64,000 nt of DNA from Tubulanus polymorphus. Taxonomy: Eukaryota; Animalia; Nemertea. The notes under the pieces were generated by a model. The model was not told where the DNA came from, ran no database searches, and worked only from the letters and a program-made list of their open reading frames with translations. Both the position numbers and the translations under genes were made by a program. This document shows positions 12,801 through 24,100 of this stretch, piece after piece. Numbering within the stretch: position 1 is the stretch's first letter; each line of letters opens with the position of its first letter. The stretch lies in contig NC_134031.1 in the NCBI RefSeq assembly GCF_964204645.1, forward strand, positions 3,286,001-3,350,000. Reading direction: 5' to 3'.

Positions 12801-15431
12801 GAGGAAGTAAATTCTGATATGTCCAATATGCTCAACTTCTTTCATCTTACTGCAATGGAATATAGAGTAGACTTTGCTTACCAAACCTAAAGTTGATTGT
12901 CTCTTGTATCAATTCAGGGTGGGCACTTACCGTACCTGAAAGTCAGGGAATTTGTAAGAAAAAATTAAAAAGCTAAAAATCAGGGAAATGTGTTGAGATT
13001 ACGAGATCGCGCATAAAATCAAACAGTTTCCGTCTATGTTTTTGTATTTGGCTGTGTTAATTGATTAGATTATTAGGAAGGGAAAAGTCAGGAGAAGGCA
13101 AGTCAGAAGTGGTCACGCTGATTATCAAATTTGGTTTCTCTAATGCATTGTTAGAACAAACCATCTCTGCTTTGACCGCCCTGGACCTCGGGGAAAATCC
13201 ATTGATTCCGCAAGATCTAGGGCAGAGAGTTTATATAATGTGCTCAACGAATCAATATTTGTGGCCCACAAATTACAAAATTGTATTACTGAATTGGAAA
13301 TTATTTGACTTGTTTATTAATTCTATATCCTCTTTCGCAGGTATGCGAATGGCCGGGAAACTCGTAAAAAATCATCGCTGTACGGCCTGCGACACTTGGT
13401 GCCACCCTCACCCCAATCATTCTTTGTACCGGAGTCAGGGCCTGTGAACGACACGACCGTCAAAGCGAAAGGCGCTAAATTAATCAGAATTCGTCCAGTA
13501 GAAACGTGAGTGAACTTTTAAAAAATCATCGCATGAGACCAGTGATACCCAGAGATCACGGAAAAGTCGGGGAATTTTCTTTGCTTTGAAGAAGTCGGGG
13601 AATAGTCAGAGAATTTTGTATAAAGACTTGCTAATCAGGATCATTAAGTCAACAGATCCAATCAGATCGGAAGGAGGCGAGTCTGCAATTATGGCTTTAG
13701 ACATATATTTAGTTTTATTGCAACCTCCACAGTGGAAAATAACTGGATGTTTCCATGGTGGAAAATAACCACGTTGTGAATCACTAATTGAAAAATATCC
13801 ACTCAGCTTTGTAGAAATTCGAGGCCCACCTGTTTTTATGCGAAAAAGAATAATGAAATCGTTTTGTTTTTTTTTTTTCTGCACAGTTGCGATACGGTTG
13901 TTTTACACAAGCGAATATCGTCGATGAAGGAGATTCGTTCGGACCTCGTGAAACCGGAAAAACGCAAACTCAGTCTCGATTCGAACGAAGAGCCGCAGCA
14001 GCCGCGGAAACGTCTGCGAAATTCTTACTACCATCAGGTCAGTTGTTATGAATATCGGGGACGAAAACGATAGAAAGGTCGGCCGCAACCTGTCAGGGAT
14101 GAAAATCTTCCGACCATAGATGGATTTCCGACCTTTTCTAACATTTACTTTATTCCTGAGAACAGTGTAAATCACCTCAAACTCTTTAATCACCTCAATC
14201 GCAGGCGTCACATCGGAGCGCTCTGTAGTTAGGAGTGCTCCTTAAGGCGGTTTTCGGCAGTTGTTAGCACAGTTGTGGAGTCAGAGAAACCATTAAGGCG
14301 TCTCATAAAATATTGTCCGACTTTTTCAATATGGGCCGTTTTCATCCCTGACCTGTAAAACTCGGGAAATTTGGCAAATTTTGTCAAAAGCTTGGAAAAC
14401 CCTGTCCCAGGGAATTTGGAAATAAGGTTTTGACCACGTGCTTCCTTATCAGTATGTGATTCAATGAAAAATGTATGGATTGTAACGTTTTCAACCAAGA
14501 ACTTTCTCCATTCACCTGCTGCCGATTAAGGGAATTTTCTGTTACTGGTACAACATCAGGGGCCGGTTCCATAGACAGGACTTAGACTTAAGACCAGTCT
14601 AAGACAAACTTAGTTCTATAGACAATCTAACAACTTAAGACCACTTTTGGTCTTAAGTCTTGACTATGGAACCGGCCCCAGGGAATTTTGTAAATTGGTG
14701 AAAGTGGCCTCGTTATAATGAAATTGATATATATTTCGTTTGATTTTTCACAGAGTGCCGAGGACGTAGAAGAGAACGAGCCTGAAATCAACAGCGCGAA
14801 TCAAAATTACCAAGGATACAATGGACTGAATAATAACAATTATAAAATCTCGGTCGACGACGACGAGATCAGCACGGATTGCGAGTCGATGCGTATGCTC
14901 GAGGATATAATACCGCCGCCGGTGAATTTCACCGGAATCGACAATCCGTTTATGACGTTCATCGAAAGAGAGCAACTGTTGAATACGAATCGAAGCAAAG
15001 TGCATTTATTGAACCTATACGGCGCGGAATACGTCGTCGACGACGCCGTCAGTTTGGCGGAGAGCGGCGACAGCGCGCGCAGTTACGCGACCGTCATCGG
15101 TAACGATAACAACAACGACGTTCGCAGTTCGAACAATAACGATACGTACGTCGTCGATTGGCTGAAACGCGGGAAACGCGGCGCTCGTAAATTGAAACGT
15201 CCGCGTAGCGTTTCGAAAACGGCGAAGGAAATCGACCGCTCGACCGACTGTACGGGTCGATACGATTCGAGCGTTTCGTCGTCGACCGGTTCGAATCGGC
15301 AGCCGATTCGCCAGGCCGATATCGCGCGCAGTCTACGCGGTAAGCGTATACACGTTTTGGCGAAGCGTTTCAACATCGAGGGGAAAGTTCAATACCTCAT
15401 CGAGTGGGAAGGATTCAACGCCACGACTTGA
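6854..15431 (+). CDS. Pcl: Polycomb-like protein (PHF1/MTF2/PHF19 family): Tudor, PHD1, PHD2, EH winged helix, C-terminal chromo-like domain
   Basis: Exons 6854-6937, 8174-8351, 9161-9261, 9639-9669, 10831-10871, 10961-11037, 11865-12029, 12502-12625, 12724-12791, 13341-13505, 13887-14037, 14754-15431, all phase-consistent. Motifs: [72 protein letters not shown]...[11 protein letters not shown]. Confidence 0.95.
7063..7172. repeat. Foldback/MITE-like palindrome in Pcl intron
   Basis: CAGAGGCTTGTCACAATT...AATTGTGACAAGCCTCTG arms with inner ATGATACCAG/CTGGTATCAT pairing. Confidence 0.75.
7192..7389. mobile_element. MITE with ~30-bp TIRs
   Basis: ATTTCAACCTGACTTGAGAGCATACCGGGT...ACCCGGTATGCTCTCAAGTCAGGTTGAAAT. 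Confidence 0.8.
11121..11240. mobile_element. Tc1/mariner(pogo)-like MITE
   Basis: Imperfect TIRs CAGTAGACTCCGCATAAGTCAG...CTGACTTGAGCGAAGTCTACTG, followed by TA on the right. Confidence 0.65.
12316..12430. mobile_element. Recurrent ~110-bp palindromic MITE family (Harbinger-like termini); other copies at about 31254-31358, 36729-36842 and 54347-54449
   Basis: Shared AGTTCCACA...GAGTTAACTC...TGTGGAACTGG core in four dispersed, diverged copies. Confidence 0.75.
14560..14678. mobile_element. PIF/Harbinger-like MITE
   Basis: TIRs GGGCCGGTTCCATAG...CTATGGAACCGGCCC with 3-bp CAG duplication (14557-14559, 14679-14681). Confidence 0.8.
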
Positions 15432-15527
15432 TGTTTGAACTAGCGTAGCTTTTCATATGTAGCATGGTCTTTACAACTTGATTCCTTGAAAACTCCTAAA
15501 CAGAATATGCTTTTTAAGGTACTTGGA

Positions 15528-15925
15528 TACGGAAGCGATAAAGGGCCTCGAGTTGTCGCGCTCCGACTCGACAAGTCGCCATATTTATGTTGATATATCG
15601 CGTCAAGTCGACATGAATATGTCGACATATTTTCACAACAAATTTCGCTTTTTCGCCCATTTTCCACGGGACAAGCCGTCATTTGAAGACACGTCTAAAT
15701 GTAAGATGAGGACGCCAGTGATATTACGACTGAGTTTCAAGTCGTCATGAATATGTCGACTTGTCGCGAGGAAAATGGTCGTGAAAACGAAATATTTCGT
15801 CAAAACGTCATGATATGTCGACATATTCATGTCGACTTGACACGATATATCGCGATATGTCGACATAAATATGGCGACTTGTCGAGTTGGAACGCGACAA
15901 CTCGAGGCCCTTTATCGCTTCCGTA
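15528..15925. mobile_element. Long-TIR foldback MITE, IS3EU-like (TAYGG termini, 6-bp TSD)
   Basis: TACGGAAGCGATAAAGGGCCTCGAGTTGTCGCG...CGCGACAACTCGAGGCCCTTTATCGCTTCCGTA, with CTTGGA on both sides (15522-15527, 15926-15931). Inserted into an older repeat also seen at about 32770-33117 and 33750-33914. The superfamily is inferred from the termini and TSD. Confidence 0.8.
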
Positions 15926-16511
15926 CTTGGAACTACTTTTATTTGAGCAAAATACCCAAAACTCCTTTGATTTTGAGAAATAGACAATTAGAAATACTCG
16001 TAGTTGTAAAGAAAATTATGCCTAAATCAATACTGTTAGGAACAGGATTATTTTACCCAATTTCGTTTACAAATTTGCTTGCAAAACCACTGAATTAATA
16101 CCAGTTTACTGAGATAAATGTACCAATTTAGGAGGAGTCTACAGTTATTGGGATTCTGAAAGTGATGCAGATGATGCTTCCTCGAAATTTGAAATTATCT
16201 CCTTGAAGATTGATTTTATATCTAGGAATGACCGATCTGTAGGGACCCTGTGTGGAACTAGCCTTAGATTTGATGTATTAGTTGCTTCACAATTGGATCA
16301 GCTGGATACTGCGAGGCTATGAATTCATCAGCAATATGGAAATTCATTTTATTACCGGTCCACACTAGGTGTCCACAAGGCTGCCACCTATTCCTCATTT
16401 TCGGTTTTCTAGTTACTATTTCGTCCTGATTTGATTTGTTTGATGTGTTAACGAAAAATGAATGATGTTACTGAGCGTCTCTCACCATTGATAACTGATT
16501 AATTTGAACAT

Positions 16512-16677
16512 GGGGTCATTCATTTATTACGTACGCATAAAATTTGAATTTTTCAACCCCTCCTCCCCCTCTGTACGCAAAATCGGCAATTTTTTCATAT
16601 ACATTAAGCATTACAGTACGCAATTGCACTGACCCCTCCCTCCTCCCCTAATGCATACGTAATAAATGAATGACCCC
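16512..16677. mobile_element. MITE with 3-bp TSD nested in a hAT-like element (~16376-16753; uninterrupted relative at ~32207-32430)
   Basis: TIRs GGGGTCATTCATTTATTACGTA...TACGTAATAAATGAATGACCCC with CAT duplication. The host ends in GTTGGCAGCCCTG. Confidence 0.8.
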
Positions 16678-17894
16678 CATGTATTTCAATGAAATGTACC
16701 TGAAAAAAATTAAGTTCGTTGCTAATAGCACTTTCCAGAAGTTGGCAGCCCTGGTGTCTGCCTCAGAAAAAGTTTTCTTTGATCAGACGGTTTAATCATG
16801 ATGCACTTGATTGCACCTTACTCGGTTGCTTTGGGCCTGTAAATATTTCACTGAGTTGGGAATAGATTTTTTTAGACTCAACGAATCGAGTGATGTTGTT
16901 ACCATGTTGACCAGCATTGAGTTTTAGGAAGAGTCTATTGTCCTCAAGATTAGATCTAGTTTTTGTTGCGATCCGAGCAGTCTAATAAATTTTGCCAGTT
17001 AAGGAAGGGTGGGAAGGTTATGTTAGTTGACACATTTTTGATAATGAGCCAGAGAGCATAGAGCTGGACTAGTTTTCAAATATGTTCAATTCCTGATTCT
17101 TAAATGGATGGAAAAGTTACCTGCAGGCATATTCATCAGGTTAAGTAATGAAACAATCTTTGAGAGATGAGTGAAAAAAAGTGTCCATAATTTGTAAAAT
17201 TTTCTATGCGATAAAGTTATGAGATATAACTGTTTTTAAAATTTGTATGAATTTTTTTTGATAAAAATATTTTAAGAGTATTGTATCGAAGCTGTCTAAA
17301 TCTAAATGATTAATTATTATGTATAATATTATAGTATTTATATCAACAATTTTAATAAGTGCACAATTGTTATTATGACTTTATGCGTGGAATAAAAGCA
17401 TTCCATTTTCATCTAGATCATGTAGTTGCTAGTCTTTAAAGGGCTCTGAATCAAAAGTAAGCTCAAAATCGGATTATTTTCTTCACGCAGTTCAAGTGAA
17501 TAGCTTATTTTTGATGTCAGATTACATGTGCTTTCATTTTGTATTAAATTTTACTCCCAAACCCTAAATGAGTAGTAGTCAGTTCTGTTTACATGAAGTA
17601 CAAAGAAGCTTGCGTAAGTTGGATCTTTTGGGACTTGAGAAAAATCCAAAATTTGTTTTAAAAAAGCTGGCAGTTTTTAACGTTATCAACGGTCAGAAAA
17701 AAATGTTTTCGCCCCTAACAAATTCTTTAAATTGAAACTTTTTTTACAATTTCTTTTTCCCTGAAAAAGGCGTAAAAGCAATGTGTACACACTTGGTTTT
17801 ACTAATTTATACAAAGTAAGAATACTCGCGCGCACTAACTTTGAGCTCTAACCGCTAGTGTCATCTGGTGACATTTATTGCAACTAAATCCAAG

Positions 17895-18449
17895 ATGGCA
17901 GCCTCCATGGCGACCCTGAACGTCCTTCGATTGAGAAGTAGTTTAGGCCCTAAATTAACGGGGCTGGTGCGATATCGTGACAATCTATCGATTCTAGGGA
18001 AATCTTTCAGCGTGACCTCTTCGTGCGGAGTGAATGACAAGCTGTGGAAATTGGGTCGTTTAAACCATGTCGCGATAGCAGTGCCTGATCTCGAGAAGGC
18101 CACCGCTTTGTACAGGGACGTTTTGGGAGCTAAAGTGTCCGAACGCCAGGCGCTACCCGAACACGGCGTCTACACCGTGTTCATCGAACTGGGTAACACT
18201 AAATTCGAGCTGCTGCATCCGCTCGGCGAAAAAAGCCCCATCGAGGGTTTCTTGAAGAAAAATAAATCCGGCGGCATGCACCACGTTTGCATCGAAGTTA
18301 AAAATATCGAGGAGGCGATGAAAGATTTGAAGAAACTGGGAGTTCGTCTGCTGAGCGAAACTACGAAGATCGGAGCTCACAATAAACCGGTGGTCTTCCT
18401 GCATCCGAAAGACTGCGATGGAGTTTTGGTCGAGTTAGAAGAAGAGTGA
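17895..18449 (+). CDS. MCEE: Methylmalonyl-CoA epimerase, mitochondrial (single exon, 184 aa)
   Basis: WKLGRLNHVAIAVPDLEKA, LPEHGVYTVF, GGMHHVCIEV, IGAHNKPVVFLHPKDCDGVLVELEE. Arg/Ser-rich N-terminal presequence. ATG in AAGATGG context at 17895. Confidence 0.97.
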   Translation: MAASMATLNVLRLRSSLGPKLTGLVRYRDNLSILGKSFSVTSSCGVNDKLWKLGRLNHVAIAVPDLEKATALYRDVLGAKVSERQALPEHGVYTVFIELGNTKFELLHPLGEKSPIEGFLKKNKSGGMHHVCIEVKNIEEAMKDLKKLGVRLLSETTKIGAHNKPVVFLHPKDCDGVLVELEEE

Positions 18450-19810
18450 ATTGAATCTCGTCAAACTCGTTTACTGGCGTGCTTGACACCAAGATAGTAT
18501 TATTTATAGACGCTTTAAAAGAATTACGTTGGGTCTGGTAGACATGATAGACATTGGCATGATTGTGACATTATTGTCTGACTCAATTAGCATTTTAACA
18601 TGCTAATAGTCATGATTTGGGTGGCGCATAAATGTCATCGAAATACAATACCATGCTATTGCACTTGCGGATTTAAGTTACTACATGTATAATTAGAAAT
18701 GTTTACTATTATATATACGATTGATAGGTTTTGCTATGTACGTAGTTAGTTATTTATAGCTGTTATAAGTAGTCAGTTATCTATATAATTAGTTAGTTAT
18801 CTATAGTGTTCTTTAATGGAACTTAAACCGACATACGTCCCTCCGTTTAAAGCCTGCTGAAATAAATATATAAACATTGAATAAAAAATTCGATTTCGAT
18901 AGTTTTTGCACGACCGCTGTGCCACTGTCGGTTTTTAATTCTCTATTTGGCGTGTGGCCGATCGGATGGGCTGATACCGTGAAAATATCCGATCGTGAAT
19001 AATATAAACCACTGACTCAAGCTGCGACCAATAAGGATAGCGGTTAGGGTGTGGTGTGTTTCATTCATTTCCCTCGAAAGGTCGATTGCTTCATCTCTTA
19101 ATCTGAATTGAACTGAACTAGCCAGGGGCGTAGCCATGATTTTCTGTGGAGATTCATGTTTTGAGAAAGTGGAACTGACATAGTGGGGACAGTAGAAAGC
19201 GATTGCGGTGCGGAATGCGTCAGTAAGGCTACTATTGGTCTATGGGGCCAATCCGTTTTGAAGAAAAAGACCATTGGTTTCAAAAGTAGAGTTTGTAAAC
19301 CTCAATACTTAACATAAAAAATAGTGGGGGCTAAAATTATAGCGGAACCCTAAATGATAGGCCGACTATAACGCCCTTCCTAGCCACGACGAAAGATTAG
19401 TACATTTGATACAAAATTGCACAATATCCCGGTATTATATATTCCCTCTCTGATTATTGATAAATGGGTTATCGTTGTTTCTAGATTAGGACGCATTAAC
19501 AATTCGACGGAGGTCAATTGTTTTGCCAATTCCCGAGAGATCACTCGACCCTTAATCATATATACATATACATATATATATGGGAGATCTCGAGTCACCC
19601 GTGAATAAGCTTTAAAAATACATGTAGGCATGTGTATTTCATAACACAATGACGTGTCCGGTACTGATTAACGGTTTCATCGCGTCGTGTGAGTCGCACT
19701 TCGTCATTTATTTGGGTGGGTTACACAGTTGTTTTGTCGAATATCATCAAGTGGGTATTTTTATTCAGACTTGGACACCCGCCAAAATAGACGTCGTTTC
19801 CCGCCATCTG

Positions 19811-20290
19811 CCATATATGGATGGGAATTCCATATCGAGCCGTGGCGTACTAAAACGTAGTAGAGCTCCGCCGACGAAACGAACTTAATTTTGACGATTG
19901 GTAATTTCGCCATCATCTAAGTTCTTTACTAATATCGTTACTTTAAATGCTGCTCTTAAAGGGATTGCCATATTTTGTACACATAAAGTCATTTATAAGG
20001 TGTTTGCGGTGTTATTTAACATGAAAACGCGATATGGAACAGAATGAAAATATCATTCACGTGAATGATAACGGTTGCCATCTTGGCAACGGTTCAATGT
20101 TTTTCTTTGTTTAGTTGGAGGGGGAAATTTAGGTCAGCTGACTGGCATTCTTTCATGCGATTGGCGGAACGTTGAATCGACGAGGCGCGCACCTTGCGAT
20201 ATAGTGAATGGGTATTTAAATTTAGCCTTTGTGATTGGTCGATGAGTCAGACGCTTACGTCAGACCATTCGAATAGACTTGCTATACAAA
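19811..20290 (+). promoter_or_regulatory. Immediate-early-type promoter of the IER gene
   Basis: CArG CCATATATGG 19811-19820; NF-kB-like GGGAATTCC 19823-19831; E-box palindrome 20051-20070; X-box-like 20074-20090; two reverse CCAAT boxes (~20160, ~20234); AP-1 TGAGTCA 20243-20249; CRE-like TTACGTCA 20255-20262. Confidence 0.7.
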
Positions 20291-20401
20291 CGCAAACAGC
20301 CACGCCACATTCTACTACCAACCGCCTTGTGTACGGACGTTCTAAAAACAAGTCTGATAAATACACGTATTCTTGCATTTTGTGGCAAAACAATTATCGA
20401 A

Positions 20402-21163
20402 ATGGCAGTAGAAGCTCAACGAGTTATTGCAGTATCGCTGGGAAAAATTGCATCGTCAAGACAAAAACGTACTGGTGTGGATTTACACAAGAACTTATTG
20501 GTTTCGGGTGTTTTGCAGAAAGCCCGAAGTCAGTTAATGATCGAAACATATCGAGCCGCTGTCCAGGCCCAACAACAGAAGGAAATAGTTTTGAAACAAG
20601 CTCCGGTTGAAGAACTCACTCCGATTGAACACGAAGAAATGGAGGATAAAGAAAACGCGCCACCGGCAGTTTACGAAAGTGACTCCGATTCCGATGAATT
20701 CGGCGATGACGATTGTTTTGAGCCACCAGCTTCCTGTCAGGAGGACGAACTCAGCAACCGTTCTAATGACAATGCCCTCGAAGCTAAAGACGTGAACATT
20801 CTCGAAATCGGGGCGCTACCGACTTGCGGGAAATGTGTCAAACGCCGCCATTCCGATATCGGTGAATGGGAAGAAGAGAATTTGACACCGGTCAAGAAAA
20901 CAAAGTGCTCGGAATATGACTATGATAGCGAATGCGACGAAAACTCGCCAAAGGAATACACAGAACTGGAAGTGCCTCAACTGTCGAGTTTAGTGACAAT
21001 TTTTAATACGGGTTTCACGGGACTTGTCAATAACATGTCTTCTATTAACAATAACACTGACTCATCTTCGATCTCATCAAACAATTCTTCGTGTTCGATA
21101 TCAATCAGGAATACATTCGACTCCATCACCAGACCAATTCTTGCCGTTGCAATGAGCGTATGA
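20402..21163 (+). CDS. IER5L-like: Immediate early response (IER2/IER5/IER5L family) protein, intronless, 253 aa
   Basis: N-terminal EAQRVIAVSLGKIASSRQKRTGVDLHKNLLVSGVLQKAR and C-terminal LSSLVTIFNTGFTGL match the two conserved IER blocks. Confidence 0.92.
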   Translation: MAVEAQRVIAVSLGKIASSRQKRTGVDLHKNLLVSGVLQKARSQLMIETYRAAVQAQQQKEIVLKQAPVEELTPIEHEEMEDKENAPPAVYESDSDSDEFGDDDCFEPPASCQEDELSNRSNDNALEAKDVNILEIGALPTCGKCVKRRHSDIGEWEEENLTPVKKTKCSEYDYDSECDENSPKEYTELEVPQLSSLVTIFNTGFTGLVNNMSSINNNTDSSSISSNNSSCSISIRNTFDSITRPILAVAMSV

Positions 21164-24100
21164 TTGACTTAGATGTTGATTTTTCTTTCGTGCGAGAAAT
21201 TTTCCTGGAACTGTATACGTGAACGGCGAACTCGTGGTTCGAGCGAAAACCGCTTGCATAAGCAGGCGAGAGGTGTACCGGGTGCGTGTGTGTGGAAATG
21301 GTGACGTCAGCACTGCGGAGTATGTAAATTCCAATGTGCGTCGAATGAGTCACGCGCGAACCGAGAGAGATAAAGGATTGACCCATAAACTAGATTAGAA
21401 ATCTCCTTTCTATTTATCACCAGACTTCGGAAAGAGATACTCCAGCGGTCAAGGTCGTTTGAAACCGGTTTCACGACAATGACTCACACGATTCATAAGA
21501 ACATTGTTGTTCCCATAAGTAAAAATAGACTATAAAGTTTTCTTTGGAATACCTGAATGTAGATCGGATTTTATTTTAGCGCGACCACACCACTGTTGCC
21601 CGAACGAAGAACAACAGACATTTTCCTGTTAATAATTAATCGGATCTTTTGTTTCGAAATGTTGTTTTATAGAACGTCTGTTGCTAAGATCATAGTCTTT
21701 GTTTGTGTATACGATTGAATTGAATTAATTTTCTACATGTATTATGAATAGCATTCCTACGCGAAAGATTGAAGCTGGAAACTTATACAATGTGTACAAA
21801 TGAGATTTTTCCATTTTGGTCTGTTTGTTTCTATGTATCTTTCTTTCCAATTCAATACGTTTGTCAGAGCGTCTACTAGAGGTTTACATCTTGCCAATCA
21901 TTTTATGCCATCGCTGCTTGTATTTTTGCATATGAATCGCTTCAAAATTTGAAGTCAATGTACATAAGATTATAAATGGCTGATATTCAGTCGCAATAAA
22001 TAAGCAAATGAAAAGTATATATAGTACCGATTTTGTATTTTATGCAGTGCTTGTTTTCCGGGTTAAACGTTCCATGGGGTAAAATATGATTGGATACTGA
22101 CAGGTCTTGAGGATGTATAGGTGTGAAGATATAGAGGATTCCTTGAGGTTCTAACACATAATTAGTGCTGTCGACGTTGTGGTCAAGAGGAAGTGACACT
22201 TTATTAAAGAGTAATTATATACGTGTCAAACATTCTTGCCACTCCCAGCCACATACAACACCACCTGCGTCGACCACTTCCAATAAGCCGATGACTCAAA
22301 AATACTTTTATTGGTCTTTGACTCATTGAGAAAAAGATATTTATGTTTAGTCGCCAGTTGCAATGTCAGATATTTTTTTCTGGAAGTCAAAGCCACGTTT
22401 TATAACACTACGCAGTTTTGAACACTACAATATAGGCCGTGCGGATGTTCTTTTTATTCGCAAAATATTTCTGTGACACAAGATAATATTAGATACAAAC
22501 AAGATTTATCAAATCAGAATATGAAGCCGTTGGTGTATCAAAATATATAGAAATATGTAAACGACAACTAAAAAAACCTATGCTATCATATTTTGTTCAT
22601 TCAGACATGATCCCGTGAAATAGAGACTGGTGTATTTTGAGCTAAGAATGCTCTCAGTTACGAGGTAAACAGAGAATTGCATATCATTCAACCGCTTTAC
22701 CGCCGCCTCCGCGAATTCCCAGTACTACGTAGAGGGTAGAGTTAGCGCGTCACGACATATCGATTTTCGCTTCCATCTATTCCTAGAATGTTCTATTTAC
22801 GTCGCCTGCGAACGAGAATAAACAGACCCATTATCCCGATCCTTATTCGCGTAGGAGGTAGAAAGTCTGAAAATATGTTTTTTACATCAGCCCTCCGTCA
22901 CTAAGATGATTTATTCTTAATGCCTATTGTGGAAAATTTCTGTTTTTTTGATTCCAGAAAAATAACGGCGGAATTAATTTTTCGGTAATGTTCTACGAAA
23001 CACGAATCTAGGCGCAATAGAGTTCTAGTAAAATATGTTCAACAGAAATTTCCTATTCTTTATATGACAATGTGCATATTTTCGAATCAGATCATCGTGT
23101 TTATGGTGTACTCTTCCGAGTCAGGTCAACTTACAATAGACCGTTATATGCGCGTCGATTGAACTTTGGACCTTTATAATCATTGTGATTTATTTCCGGA
23201 AGTAGTGTTTGGATAAAAAAAGTTTTTAACATCATTGAAATCATGACCCAGAATCATTGTGTAGATTTCCATCGTTGTCAAATCCCGTATCGGGAAGTAC
23301 AGCGCTAACTGTTTGTAAATACCCGAATAAATAGGTCATCGTGTTATCTATTCGCAGGTGTCATCCTAGAGGGCATCGCGTGTTCCATCGAAAATCCAAT
23401 AGGCCGGTTCTTGGGAAACCTAGTTCTACAGACGTAGAGCCAAACAAACAAACTCTGTACGACCACTGGGTATACTACCGTATGTAAGGTCCATGATTAA
23501 CTCAGGTTTTTACGGCAGATGATTACCATGGAGCCACCCGCCCTGATCCGATTGTAATGTGAAATCTGCAATATGGTCACCAATATATCAGTGAAACAAT
23601 TACTTATGTTAGCCGTTAGTCAATTTTGAACAAACAATTTCCCTTTGTATGTTGTTGTTATGAACACATCGAGTTTGGGGGACTGATCAGTCCAATAATG
23701 CCTGAAGGGCAAGTGAATTAAGCCATGTCTGATATCTTAAATTAAATTCCTTTTACGGAGTCCTTATCGGTAGAAATGGAAAGTAGACCCCCTCGTCTTT
23801 GTAATCTTCATTAACAAGTTTTCTAAATTTCAATAAAGGTTACCAGGTAACGGATAATTCGTGGAGTGGTGATTCATTGCGTTCTGGGAAAGTCTCCTTC
23901 TCGGCGACCACTGCCCGTTAACAAGATCTTCCTTTCGTAGACGCAACGAACAATTAAGCAGAGTGGAACCTCGTTACAACGGACTCCAAGGAACCAGAAA
24001 ATATGTCTAGTTATAACGAGGTTCCAGCATAAACAAAAGAAGTGACCCAGACCCATTCCATACGTCGATACGAATACGCGACTCGGTCAATGTCACGTGA

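Noticed and set aside
15440-15983. Mirror-image ORFs on both strands
   Set aside because: Produced by the foldback MITE's inverted arms.
20279-20401. N-terminal extensions from non-ATG starts in the ORF track (also 17868, 47223, 49445, 59902, 61853)
   Set aside because: Eukaryotic locus; the first in-frame ATG coincides with the start of family homology.
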